The position numbers were made by a program, and so were the translations under genes. A model generated the notes under the pieces. The model had not been told where the DNA came from. It ran no database searches and saw only the letters and a program-made list of their open reading frames with translations. Below, in pieces: positions 38,381-47,830 of a DNA stretch of 64,000 nt (the stretch's first letter is position 1; each line of letters begins with the position of its first letter). Origin of the DNA: an uncultured Alphaproteobacteria bacterium (GTDB lineage Bacteria > Pseudomonadota > Alphaproteobacteria > Rhizobiales > Xanthobacteraceae); contig CAWAEZ010000016.1 in NCBI GenBank assembly GCA_963781195.1, positions 40,523 through 104,522 of the forward strand, in the 5' to 3' direction.

Positions 38381-38587
38381 ATGACCGAGCAGGAAGAAAG
38401 CGAGCTGCGGGCACAACTTGCGCGGCTGCGGCAGGAGCATCGCGATCTCGACGCGGCGATCGAGGCGCTCCAGATCGTGCCCGGGGCCGACATCCTGCAG
38501 ATTCAGCGCCTCAAGAAGCGCAAGCTCGTGCTGCGCGATCGCATCACCTTCGTCGAGGACCAGCTCACCCCCGACATCATCGCGTGA
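38381..38587 (+). CDS. DUF465 (YdcH-like) protein
   Basis: 68 aa starting MTEQEESELRAQL, with QRLKKRKLVLRDRI. Divergent from the other DUF465 gene. Confidence 0.7.
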   Translation: MTEQEESELRAQLARLRQEHRDLDAAIEALQIVPGADILQIQRLKKRKLVLRDRITFVEDQLTPDIIA

Positions 38588-38751
38588 AAGCCGGCCCGGG
38601 CAAGACGGCCTGCCGGCGTCGGGCTCTGCGCGGGACGGACAGATAATCCCCGGCACGTGGCCGGTTCGCCTTGCGAGCACGGGGCCGCTCCCTATAATCC
38701 CGGCCTTCTTTTTCCGGGCCGCTGCGGCGGCCCTTCTACCGGGAGCACTGC

Positions 38752-39249
38752 GTGGCCGCCAAGCCCGTCGCCATCATCATGGGCAGCCAATCCGATTGGG
38801 CGACGATGAAGCACGCCGCCGAGGTGCTGGAAGCGCTCGGCGTCGGCTACGACGCGCGCATCGTGTCGGCCCACCGCACGCCGGACCGGCTCTATGCCTT
38901 TGCCAAGGGCGCGAAGGCGGCCGGCTACCGCATCATCATCGCCGGCGCCGGCGGCGCCGCGCATTTGCCGGGAATGACCGCGGCGATGACCACGCTGCCG
39001 GTGTTCGGCGTCCCGGTCGAATCCAAGGCGCTGTCCGGGCTCGATTCGCTCTACGCGATCGTGCAGATGCCGCCGGGCGTGCCGGTCGGGACCCTGGCGA
39101 TCGGGCGGCCCGGCGCGGTCAATGCCGGGCTTCTCGCCGCGAGTGTCCTCGCGCTGAGCGACGGCGCGCTCGCCGACCGGCTCGAAGCCTGGCGCACGCG
39201 ACAGACCGAAGCGGTGGCGCAACTGCCGACCGACGAGGGCGGCGCGTGA
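38752..39249 (+). CDS. purE: N5-carboxyaminoimidazole ribonucleotide mutase
   Basis: 165 aa with [16 protein letters not shown] and [11 protein letters not shown]. Confidence 0.92.
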   Translation: MAAKPVAIIMGSQSDWATMKHAAEVLEALGVGYDARIVSAHRTPDRLYAFAKGAKAAGYRIIIAGAGGAAHLPGMTAAMTTLPVFGVPVESKALSGLDSLYAIVQMPPGVPVGTLAIGRPGAVNAGLLAASVLALSDGALADRLEAWRTRQTEAVAQLPTDEGGA

Positions 39250-40340
39250 GCACAAGCTTTTTCCGGTCGGGTCCCGACGCGACCATCGGCATCCTCGGTG
39301 GCGGCCAGCTCGGCCGCATGCTGGCGCTGGCCGCCGCCCGGCTCGGCTTCAAATGCCACGTGCTGTGCCCCGACCCCGGCTCGCCGGCGTTCGACGTGGT
39401 GCGGCGGGTGACCGAGGCCGACTACGGCGATACGGCCGCGCTCGACCGTTTCGCCGACGATGTCGACGTCATCACCTACGAATTCGAGAACGTGCCGGCG
39501 GAAACCGCGACCTTCCTCGCCGCCCGCAAGCCCGTGCTGCCCGACCCGCGGGTGCTCGCCATCACCCAGGACCGGCTCGCCGAGAAGAACTTCATCGTCT
39601 CCCTCGGCATCGCCACCGCGCCCTATGCCGGCGCCGACACCGAAGCCGATCTCGCCGCGGCGGCGGCGGCGCTCGGCCGGCCCGCCGTCCTCAAGACCCG
39701 CCGCTTCGGCTATGACGGCAAGGGTCAGGCGACCTTGCGCGCGGGCGACGACCTCGCCGCGGCATGGCGCGCGGTGGGTGCGCAGCCCTCGATCGTCGAG
39801 GCCTTCATCCCGTTCGAGCGGGAGATTTCGGTGGTCGCCGCGCGCGGGCCCGAGGGCCGGATCGAATGCTTCGACGTCACCGAGAACGAGCACCATGATC
39901 ACATCCTGAAGGTCTCGCGGGCGCCGGCGGACGTGACGCCGGCGATCGCTGCGCAGGCGCGGCGCATTGCCGAGCGACTCGCCGACGCCTTCGACTATGT
40001 CGGAGTGCTGGCGGTGGAGATGTTCGTGGTGCGCGACGGCGCGGGCCACACGGTGCTCGTCAACGAGGTCGCGCCGCGGGTGCATAATTCCGGCCATTGG
40101 ACCATCGACGGATGCTCGGTGTCGCAGTTCGAGCAGCACATTCGCGCGGTGGTCGGCTGGCCGCTCGCGGTGCCGGTGCGTCACGGTCGCGCCGAAATGA
40201 TCAACCTGATCGGCGACGAGGTCGCCGGCTATCGGCAGTGGCTGGAGACCCCCGGCGCCTGTGTCCACCTCTACGGCAAGCAGGCGATCCGGGCGGGGCG
40301 CAAGATGGGTCACGTCACCCGGGTGTTCCCGCCGTCGTGA
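39246..40340 (+). CDS. purK: N5-carboxyaminoimidazole ribonucleotide synthase
   Basis: GTG start overlapping the purE stop. Has [11 protein letters not shown] and an ATP-grasp body. Confidence 0.9.
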   Translation: MSTSFFRSGPDATIGILGGGQLGRMLALAAARLGFKCHVLCPDPGSPAFDVVRRVTEADYGDTAALDRFADDVDVITYEFENVPAETATFLAARKPVLPDPRVLAITQDRLAEKNFIVSLGIATAPYAGADTEADLAAAAAALGRPAVLKTRRFGYDGKGQATLRAGDDLAAAWRAVGAQPSIVEAFIPFEREISVVAARGPEGRIECFDVTENEHHDHILKVSRAPADVTPAIAAQARRIAERLADAFDYVGVLAVEMFVVRDGAGHTVLVNEVAPRVHNSGHWTIDGCSVSQFEQHIRAVVGWPLAVPVRHGRAEMINLIGDEVAGYRQWLETPGACVHLYGKQAIRAGRKMGHVTRVFPPS

Positions 40341-40463
40341 CGCCTCCGCAGGCCCGGGCCGGCATAAACACGCCGTAAACAGGCGGCGTCGCCCTGCGGC
40401 TTTCTGCGCAAGCGGACGCGGATCGATTTACAGGCGGCTTCCACCGTATAGGATGCCCGCGAA

Positions 40464-41738
40464 ATGGGAGGAAGCCAGATGCCGAACGAACACGACCAAG
40501 CCGCGAACCGCCGTCGATTCCTGCAGTTCATCGCCGCCACCACCGCATTCGGGTACGCCGACGCGCGCGCCTTCGCCGAAACGCTGCTGCCCAAGTCGAA
40601 GGTGACCGACCCGATGATGTGGGCACCGCTCGATCCGGCAAATTTGATCAAGTCGCCGAAGGAGGCGATCAACATTTTCGACTTCGAGCCGGTGATGCGC
40701 CAGAACGTGCCGCCCGCCCACTTCGGCTACATGGCGTCCGGGATCGACGACGAGGTGACGCTGCGCGCCAATCGCGAAGGATTCCTCAAGTTCCAGCTGC
40801 GGCCGCGTCGCCTCATCGACGTCAGCAAGGTCGACATGTCGACCGACATTCTCGGCGTGAAATACGCCTCGCCGATCATGATCGCGCCGACCGGCGGCCA
40901 TAAAGCCTACAACGCCGACGGCGAGGAGGGCGTCGCCAAGGCGGCCAAGGCCGGCGACCACCTCATGATCCTCTCGACCCAGACCTCGACCTCCCCCGAG
41001 GACGTGATCAAGGCGCGCGGCGGGCCGATCTGGATGCAGCTCTACGCCTCGAACAAGTTCGAGGTCGCGGCCCATCACGTCAAGCGCGCCGAAAATGCCG
41101 GCTGCACCGCGCTCGCCGTCACCGTCGACCGCTCCGGCGGCCGCAACCAGGAGACCCTGTTCCGCCTGCGCCGCACCGACACGCGCGAGTGCAACCAGTG
41201 CCACGACAACAGCAACCTCACGAGCAGCCTGAGGACCCGGCCGATGTACGAGGGCGTGGACATGTCGGGGTTGCGCAACATCCAGTCGTCGGCGATGAAC
41301 TGGGACTACCTCAAGCGGCTGCGCGACATGACCAAGATGAAGGTCGTCATCAAGGGCCTGCTCGCCTGGGAAGACGCCAAGCTCGCGGCCGACGCCGGCT
41401 ACGACGCCATCATCGTGTCGAACCATGGCGCCCGCAGCGAGGACTCCGGCCGCTCGACCATCGACGCGCTGCCGGAGATCGTCGAGGCGGTGAACGGGCG
41501 CATGCCGATCATCATCGATTCGGGATTCCGCCGCGGCACCGACATCTGCAAGGCGTTGTGCATGGGCGCCACCGGCGTCGCCGTCGGCCGGCCCTATCTG
41601 TGGGCGCTCGGCGCGTTCGGCCAGCAGGGCGTGGAACGCGCCCTCGAGCTGTTGCGCATCGAGCTGTTCGGGATCATGCAGCAGGTGGGGGCGACGTCGA
41701 TCAAGCAGCTCACCCCGGCGATGGTCCGCCGCGCGTAA
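40464..41738 (+). CDS. FMN-dependent alpha-hydroxy-acid dehydrogenase/oxidase family protein with Tat-type signal
   Basis: N-terminal NRRRFLQFIAATTAFGYADARAFA, then a glycolate-oxidase/LldD-like TIM barrel (SNHGARS, DSGFRRGTD). Confidence 0.85.
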   Translation: MGGSQMPNEHDQAANRRRFLQFIAATTAFGYADARAFAETLLPKSKVTDPMMWAPLDPANLIKSPKEAINIFDFEPVMRQNVPPAHFGYMASGIDDEVTLRANREGFLKFQLRPRRLIDVSKVDMSTDILGVKYASPIMIAPTGGHKAYNADGEEGVAKAAKAGDHLMILSTQTSTSPEDVIKARGGPIWMQLYASNKFEVAAHHVKRAENAGCTALAVTVDRSGGRNQETLFRLRRTDTRECNQCHDNSNLTSSLRTRPMYEGVDMSGLRNIQSSAMNWDYLKRLRDMTKMKVVIKGLLAWEDAKLAADAGYDAIIVSNHGARSEDSGRSTIDALPEIVEAVNGRMPIIIDSGFRRGTDICKALCMGATGVAVGRPYLWALGAFGQQGVERALELLRIELFGIMQQVGATSIKQLTPAMVRRA

Positions 41739-42059
41739 GCGCGGCGCCGCTTCGGCGATCCGCGTGTCCCGCCACCGGCCACGCGGTTTCTTTGCTCATG
41801 ATCGGAGAACGGCGATCCCGAGCCCTTTGAGGGCCGGGGCCGATGGCGACCGGCTCCGCCGGGTCATGAGCGGTGTTACGGGTAAATGGCAAAGGCTCAA
41901 CCCCAAGGCGATTACGTCTTTTTTGCGGCACCTCCCCGCCAAGAGATGCACTGGCGGCCGGCCGAAAAGGGCCCATCCGGGCTCCGGCGCGTCAAGAAGG
42001 CGTTTCCCGGCACGCGACCGAACTGTGCTATCGTCCGCCGGTGAACCGGGAGAACGCAG

Positions 42060-42251
42060 GTGCAGTTCGCCGTCGGCTTCAAGGTGCATGGCAAGACCGG
42101 CCACGTCGTTGTGGACGCCGAGGACGCGCTGATCGCCGCGCTCAAGGTCAAGATGGAGCGTCCGGATGCGCACATCACCTACGTGCGCCACCCCAACAAG
42201 CGGGGTGACTCCCGTCACCCCGTCCATGGCTTCGCCGACGCCGGCGCGTGA
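42060..42251 (+). CDS. small hypothetical protein (63 aa)
   Basis: GTG start after a GGGAGA RBS, with a balanced composition (FAVGFKVHGKTGHVVVDAEDALIAALKVKMERPD). Confidence 0.4.
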   Translation: MQFAVGFKVHGKTGHVVVDAEDALIAALKVKMERPDAHITYVRHPNKRGDSRHPVHGFADAGA

Positions 42252-42459
42252 CCGGGCGGCCGCGTTTCGCCGCAAGACGCAAACGAGCCGTGACCGGGAG
42301 TTCCGCCCGCGGGTGTCCGGGCCCCCTCGTCTTCGGACGTCCTCGGGCCTGACGCCGCGTGCTTGCAAATGCCGGCCTCGTTTGCTCTAACACCCGTCAC
42401 GCGCGCGAGCGCGAGCTTTGTTACGGCGTGCGTGGCCGCGAGGCCCCGGCTCTGGAAAT

Positions 42460-42535
42460 GCCGCAATAGCTCAGTCGGTAGAGCACATCATTCGTAATGA
42501 TGGGGTCGGGGGTTCGAATCCCTCTTGCGGCACCA
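42460..42535 (+). tRNA. tRNA-Thr (anticodon CGU)
   Basis: 76 nt. Acceptor GCCGCAA/TTGCGGC, D-arm AGCTCAGTCGGTAGAGC, anticodon loop TTCGTAA, T-arm GGGGGTTCGAATCCCTC, and an encoded CCA. Confidence 0.9.
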
Positions 42536-42800
42536 GTGACTTAGTTGTTCGGCCCCATGGGTGCCGGATCGCACCTGCGACATGGGTGACAATCGCTCGG
42601 GACCGGTAGCACGTGCCTTGCCTGCGATCGGCCGACGCGGTCTGCTTGAACAGCGGAAAACTGGCGCGAAAGTCTTGGATAGCGTTTCCCTATTGCTCAG
42701 GTGCCGAATGCAGCCGGTGAAGCCCGCGCAACCAGCGGAGTAGGCCAACTAAACGCAAACCAGGCGCGTGCTCGATCTCGCATTTCAGCGGCCTGATGCT
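42491..42800 (+). repeat. direct repeat copy 1 (tRNA-Thr 3' 45 nt plus downstream flank)
   Basis: Aligns by eye at high identity with 49795-50275. Lacks a ~190-bp block that is present in copy 2. Confidence 0.85.
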
Positions 42801-43265
42801 CAACAAGGTGCTCGGCGCGTCGCCCACGCTGGTCCCGTTCAGCGGCGGAGCACCCGCCGTCAACGCGCTGGTCGGCGGCCAGGTCGACTACATGTGCGAG
42901 CCCATCTCGGAGATCGTCCAGCAGGGACAGGCCGGGACGATCAAAGTTTATGGCACCGGAATGCCGGAGCGTAGCCCGGCCCTGCCCCAGGTCCCGACGA
43001 CAAGCGAGGTCGGGCTCCCGGATTTCCAGGTGTCGGCCTGGTATGCGCTGTTTGCCCCGAAGGCGACGCCGAAAGCCTTGCTCGACGCGCTGAGCGGCGC
43101 CCTCGACAAGGCGCTCGATGACGACAAGGTCCGCCAACGTCTCGCCGACCTCGGCTGCAACATTCCGGCGAAATCGAAGCGGGGTCAGGGCGAGCTCGCC
43201 GCCCCGGTGAAAACGAGATCGCGCGCTGGTCGCCGATCATCCGGGCGGCCAGCGACAAGGGGTGA
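42796..43265 (+). pseudogene. Bug/TctC-family binding-protein fragment (5'-truncated, 1-nt deletion in an A-run near 43209)
   Basis: Only the C-terminal ~150 aa of a Bug protein is present (…ALPQVPTTSEVGLPDFQVSAWYALFAPKATP…). The conserved end NEIARWSPIIRAASDKG lies in another frame. Confidence 0.6.
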
Positions 43266-43356
43266 CGGTGGTGACGGCGCGGGCGCCATCGCATTGCGCC
43301 GCGCGGCTGGTTCAGTAAGACGGCGCGAGCTTGGCCGTCGCAAAGTCGTTGCGCGC

Positions 43357-44187
43357 CTAGGCATGTTGCAGCGCTTGCGCCTGTTGCCAGAGCCTGTTGA
43401 GGCCGTCGAACAGCTCCGTATGCAACCGCAGCCGCATCGTGGCGCTGCCGTCGGTGATGCCCGCTGCGCCGAGCAACTCTTCGCCGCGCTGACGCAGGCC
43501 CGGATAGTAGATCGAGAGGCAGGCGAGGTCGTGGACGGGGTCCGCGAGCTGCGAATATTCCCAATCCACCAGCATGGGGATCGGGCCGATGACATTGCCG
43601 GCGACAAGGTCGCCGTGGGTGGTGACCGGCTTGGCGGCGAAAGCGGCGCAATTCGCCGCGAGCTGCTCTGTGCGTTTGACGAGTGCATCGACCTGGCCGG
43701 CGGCGGCCGGATCGCGCTCGAGGATGGCCCGAGCAAATCCCATCGCGATGGATGCGGGATCGAACGCCGCAAAGCCCGCCGGCGGCGCCATGGCGTGCAG
43801 GCGCTGAAGGCAGGCGCCCAGGCTGCGCAAACCTTCGCACTCCTGCAGCCGCGGCGCGCTCCACATACCGCCCTCCACGTAATCCATCAAAATCCAGCTG
43901 CCGTCGGGCGCGGCATCGAGCACCGCCGGCGCCGCACCCGCAGCCGCGGCCGCGCGGTGGCATGCCACTTCGCGCAGCGCATCCGCCCCAGGTCGCGGCC
44001 CTTGCGAGATTCGCTGCCGCAACACGAATCGACCTGCACGCGTATCGATACGCAGGTTGCGATTGACCTTGCGGCCGCCATGCATCGCCTGGACGCACAC
44101 CGGCGCCTCGCCCCCGGCGCAACCGGGAATGCGCCGCAGGATCGATGCGGCGATCACGAGGTCTGGTGCCGGTATGTCTTCAGCCAT
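43357..44187 (-). CDS. choline/thiamine-kinase-like (APH-fold) phosphotransferase
   Basis: 276 aa with the Brenner motif THGDLVAGNV and LVDWEYS. Confidence 0.75.
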   Translation of the reverse strand: MAEDIPAPDLVIAASILRRIPGCAGGEAPVCVQAMHGGRKVNRNLRIDTRAGRFVLRQRISQGPRPGADALREVACHRAAAAAGAAPAVLDAAPDGSWILMDYVEGGMWSAPRLQECEGLRSLGACLQRLHAMAPPAGFAAFDPASIAMGFARAILERDPAAAGQVDALVKRTEQLAANCAAFAAKPVTTHGDLVAGNVIGPIPMLVDWEYSQLADPVHDLACLSIYYPGLRQRGEELLGAAGITDGSATMRLRLHTELFDGLNRLWQQAQALQHA

Positions 44188-44753
44188 TCAACGAAACCTA
44201 TGACGGCAGTGACAAGATAGATCAGGTACAGCAACGCCGTGAAAACCAATCCCTGAGCGGCATAGAGCCAGATCAGCACCGCATCGATGACGATCCAGTA
44301 TAGCCAGCTCTCAAGCTTGCCTCGGGCGGTGAGCCAGGAGGCAAAGAAGCTCAGCAGCGTCGTCGACGCATCGAGATAGGGCCAAGCCGCCTGCGTCTCC
44401 GCAGCCAGGAAATCCGCGATGACCGCAGCAAGCAACAGCGACGCTGCGATGCCTGCGACATGGCCGCGCCACGACAGCAGCGATATCCGCGTCGTTCCCT
44501 CGCGAGACCAGCGCACGAAGCCGAACACGGCGATACCGACGTACCAGACCTGGAGCAGCGACTGCATCGGCAATCGCGCGCGCGCAAACAGCCAGACGTA
44601 AATGAGGGAGCCGGCACCGCCGGCGACCCAGCACCAGCGGCTGCGCGGCACTGTCAGCACCACGTAGACGAGGCTCAAGAGCACGGCGAACGCTTCCAGC
44701 GGCGACGTCGCCAGCAGGGCGGTCCATAGTCGCGCCGTCAGGCCGTCGGGCAT
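44154..44753 (-). CDS. pnuC: PnuC-family nicotinamide-riboside/thiamine-type transporter
   Basis: 199 aa with 7 TM helices and PnuC-like W-rich motifs. Overlaps the kinase start by 34 nt. Confidence 0.85.
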   Translation of the reverse strand: MPDGLTARLWTALLATSPLEAFAVLLSLVYVVLTVPRSRWCWVAGGAGSLIYVWLFARARLPMQSLLQVWYVGIAVFGFVRWSREGTTRISLLSWRGHVAGIAASLLLAAVIADFLAAETQAAWPYLDASTTLLSFFASWLTARGKLESWLYWIVIDAVLIWLYAAQGLVFTALLYLIYLVTAVIGFVEWLKTYRHQTS

Positions 44754-44986
44754 AGCGCTGGTTCCGGGGATAAGGGACGAGAAGCGCCATCGCCATGGGG
44801 GCGATTTCCCCAGAGGGCGAGCACAAAGCGTGGAGGCTTATCGTAGTGTTATGGGGAGTGCTTGTCGCCGGGACCCGACGGCAGCTTCGGGCGCGGACTG
44901 CGCGGGCGACCGCTTCACCCAACTAGCGGACTTCGCCAAGACGCGGGGGTGTTCGTTTCGGGCCAGAAGCGGAAATTATCCAATCA

Positions 44987-45613
44987 CTAGTGCCGCGGTG
45001 GGGACCACGGAAGCGGTGGCGACCTACTCAAGAAATACGACAAGAACACCTGCTCACCTTCTTTGAAGGCGCAGACATACGTGATGGGAGTCGCTGGATG
45101 TACACCGAGAGCCAGCCAAAGAACAAGATTTGCGTCGTTGCGGTCCTGAAACCAAACGCCGCTTTGGGCGCCCAGCTTTTTGCTTATTTCTGAATGCCAA
45201 AAGGCAATGTCGTTGTAGCTATGGTAGAAAAGAGCTTCTATGACTTCCCCGTTGCGATATTGCTGATCGCCGAGATTGTCTTCGACACGGAACTTCACTC
45301 CGTACGGATAAGTGGGACCTACACGCGCAGCCACCAAGGTCATTTCTCCAACGAACCCCACTTTGAGCCGCGAGCAAGTCTTTGTGCCCGAAGGCAATTC
45401 AAACTCTTCGCCGTCCGGTGCGGTCGGCGACCACCAGTGGACGACGGCGTCTTGTACGAATCTTGGTCGAGAAGAATCCGAAAGATCGTTCATTGCATAA
45501 GCCCTTTTACTAGGCCCGGTCGCGCAAAATAGAACAATCAAGGCTACCCAGCGCGCAGAATGAGTTGACCCCTTCGCGAAACCCATCACCTTCGCTGGTG
45601 CGCTAAAAATCAC
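44987..45613 (-). CDS. secreted hypothetical protein
   Basis: 208-aa ORF in an AT-richer region with a signal-like start (ARWVALIVLFCATGPSKRAYA). No family recognised. Confidence 0.5.
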   Translation of the reverse strand: MIFSAPAKVMGFAKGSTHSARWVALIVLFCATGPSKRAYAMNDLSDSSRPRFVQDAVVHWWSPTAPDGEEFELPSGTKTCSRLKVGFVGEMTLVAARVGPTYPYGVKFRVEDNLGDQQYRNGEVIEALFYHSYNDIAFWHSEISKKLGAQSGVWFQDRNDANLVLWLALGVHPATPITYVCAFKEGEQVFLSYFLSRSPPLPWSPPRH

Positions 45614-45924
45614 CGATCGCGTTCCCTGTCCCTCGCTCTCAACAACTCGTTCGGTTTTAAGTCAATTTGAGATGCCTTGGAGAGCCACCGATCACGCTCA
45701 TGGTTGTACAACGGGCGAGCGTCACTCGGAGTAGGTCGAAAGGAATATCGTCAGCGCCAGCGCGGCTATCGCGACTGCCGCGGGCCGCAATGAACCACCA
45801 TCCGCTTCTCGTTCGCTGCATCAATTGGAGAATAACCCCTCAAGCGCCCTCGGCGATGCCGGCGCCGGAGGGCGCCGGGCGAAGATGTCGAGTTGGCGGG
45901 GATCGATCCGCAGCGACCGAAGCT

Positions 45925-47139
45925 TCACTTATCCAGATTCTCGGCCTTCAGCCACTCCGAGACGATGCGGAATACCTGCGCATTGTTCGTATCCGCCATC
46001 GGATGGTGCGTATTTCCGGACACGCCGGCCTCCGGGAGAACCACGTTCTTGACGTTGCCACCATACTTGGCGGCTACCGTGGCAAAACGCTTGTACGCTT
46101 CGACCCAGACGCGCCTGGTTTCCGGCGGGGTGCCGGCGTTTGCGGGGTCGAGCGCCTTGGGAATGAAGTCGCCCCAGATCAGCAGAATGGGATGTCGGGT
46201 GAGCTTCATGAATTCCTCCAGAGGGATTTCAGTCCCTGCGGGGACGAGCACACCATCAGCGCGCGGTATCGGGGGCGGCAGCTCCCCCACCGGGAAAACG
46301 GGAAAGGCGCTCGGTTCCCAGCCGATTTGGCCGGCAAGCGTGTTGGTCTTCCTGGGAACCAATAAACCGCGAGAATGACTCGAAGAATGGGTGTGAAGGA
46401 TCGCTCCTTTGCCGCGCTCCCGATAAAGCTCTTCGAGCAGAACGGCTAATGCCTCGCTCTCAATCTCGACGTTTTTCGGCGTGTTGAACTCGACATACTG
46501 ATTTCGGAGATACTGGTCCAACACCTTCGGATCTCGTGAGAAGGCCACCCCCGGAAAAAACTGCATGGCAGATTTCGGGGTATTCGGCGCCCACAATCCG
46601 ATGCGGTTCGTAAAAACGAACCGTGCCGAGAAGGTGTTGTTTACGGGACTCCACGTGTATTCCGAGCAGGCTTTGCCTGCTCGTCCGGTCCACGGCAAGT
46701 CGACCAGGTACACAGGATATTTTTCGCCCAGAAGTAGGCTCTGAAATCCGGGTTTACCGTCGAACGTCGTCTGGTACGTCCTGGTGCTGGAGCCATGGAC
46801 AAGCACCATCGGGTGCTCGCGCGCTCCAGTCGGGATGAACCACTCGACGAACCCGTGATCGCAGAGTTGAAAATTGGTCGGATCGTCGGGCATCGGTACT
46901 GCCGTCCCCCCGAATGCCCGCGCGCCCATGGACTCTATTTCGAGAACCTTGGGCTTACTGTCTTCCTGAGCAAAGGTGTCGGCACTTCTCAGCAGCGCCA
47001 ACACGAGTGCGACCGAAAAATAGCAAACGGTCCGCAAGAGTCGCCGGTCACGCACGCGCTGGCTCGAATGTGAAGTCCTGACTTCATGCAAATTGCACTT
47101 TGTGTCGCTGCATGGCCTTGGGCGTACTAATGTCTGCAT
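45925..47139 (-). CDS. secreted alpha/beta-fold hydrolase, paralog family of 7-1182
   Basis: Start at MQTLVRP; a later start is possible. Has PMVLVHGSS..T.DG and a C-terminal GNTHHPM. Confidence 0.7.
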   Translation of the reverse strand: MQTLVRPRPCSDTKCNLHEVRTSHSSQRVRDRRLLRTVCYFSVALVLALLRSADTFAQEDSKPKVLEIESMGARAFGGTAVPMPDDPTNFQLCDHGFVEWFIPTGAREHPMVLVHGSSTRTYQTTFDGKPGFQSLLLGEKYPVYLVDLPWTGRAGKACSEYTWSPVNNTFSARFVFTNRIGLWAPNTPKSAMQFFPGVAFSRDPKVLDQYLRNQYVEFNTPKNVEIESEALAVLLEELYRERGKGAILHTHSSSHSRGLLVPRKTNTLAGQIGWEPSAFPVFPVGELPPPIPRADGVLVPAGTEIPLEEFMKLTRHPILLIWGDFIPKALDPANAGTPPETRRVWVEAYKRFATVAAKYGGNVKNVVLPEAGVSGNTHHPMADTNNAQVFRIVSEWLKAENLDK

Positions 47140-47277
47140 GTTTCGCTTCTCCCTGATGGCGGCTTCGTGGCCCATTGGACCCCGCCGCCTCATCACCATC
47201 GTACACAGGCGAGCGCATGCAGCACAGTGAGCAGATGCCGCCCATCGATCCTCGTGGCATTGCGGCGTGAGATTCAA

Positions 47278-47574
47278 TCAGGCTGGTGGAGGCGCTTTCT
47301 TCCGCTTTGCGGGACGTGGCGCCCTCTTGGACGATCCGGGCGGGCGCACATATGGCGGCGGCGTGTGCCCCTCATATCTTTCGAGGACGCTCTCATACTT
47401 CACGCCCTGCTGACGCTCTGCGGGCGACATGGTGAGGCAGCCTGGCGCGGTCAGCATGACGCGGGGAGAACGCGCGCGGCATTGCGGGCACGCGGACGGC
47501 AGATCGCATTCCGCCATCGGTCGCAACTGTGTGAACGGCCCGCACTTCTTGCACATGTACTCGTACGTCGGCAT
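47278..47574 (-). CDS. FmdB-family zinc-ribbon protein
   Basis: MPTYEYMCKKCGPF...CPQC is the FmdB signature. Has a Lys/Pro-rich tail. Confidence 0.7.
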   Translation of the reverse strand: MPTYEYMCKKCGPFTQLRPMAECDLPSACPQCRARSPRVMLTAPGCLTMSPAERQQGVKYESVLERYEGHTPPPYVRPPGSSKRAPRPAKRKKAPPPA

Positions 47575-47639
47575 GTACCACCTATATCCGGGCAAGACAC
47601 AGCTGCGGCGGACCACTCCGTCGCGGTCAACTATACCAG

Positions 47640-47830
47640 CTGACGGACTGGGTTGTGAACGTCGTCGGTCACTTTCTGGCATGCCATCGTCGGTCGAATA
47701 CATCCGCGCCGGCAAGCTGCGTGCCCTAGCTGTGACCACGAAGACGCGCTCCCGAGGCTTTGACCGAGGTCCCAACGGCGGGTGATTCCGGGCCCGGCTT
47801 CGAGGCCAAGCCTCGATTTCTCCTGACGCA
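47640..47830 (+). pseudogene. internal fragment of a Bug/TctC-family gene
   Basis: Has …MPSSVEYIRAGKLRALAVTT.TRS, then EALTEVPTAGDSGPGFEA in a shifted frame. Confidence 0.4.

Noticed and set aside
41764-42368. Several overlapping 60-190-aa ORFs between the hydroxy-acid dehydrogenase and tRNA-Thr.
   Set aside because: Only 42060-42251 has a plausible RBS and composition. The others are Arg/Pro-rich and mutually overlapping.
42488-42748. ORFs antisense to the tRNA and to both long repeats (42488-42748 and 49762-50121), which share an identical peptide.
   Set aside because: The identity is simply a consequence of the DNA repeat. The peptides end in the EGFEPPTP/RDSNPRP pattern that any antisense tRNA T-arm produces.
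44754-44986. A riboswitch (TPP or NAD+) in the pnuC leader. An ACACCCCC octamer resembles the NAD+-I bulge motif, and a TGGGG-aaatcgc-CCCCA hairpin is present.
   Set aside because: No CUGAGA/ACCUGAUCUGG-type THI-box elements are present. Only one short motif match exists, which is easily expected by chance in GC-rich DNA. It needs an Infernal scan before any claim.
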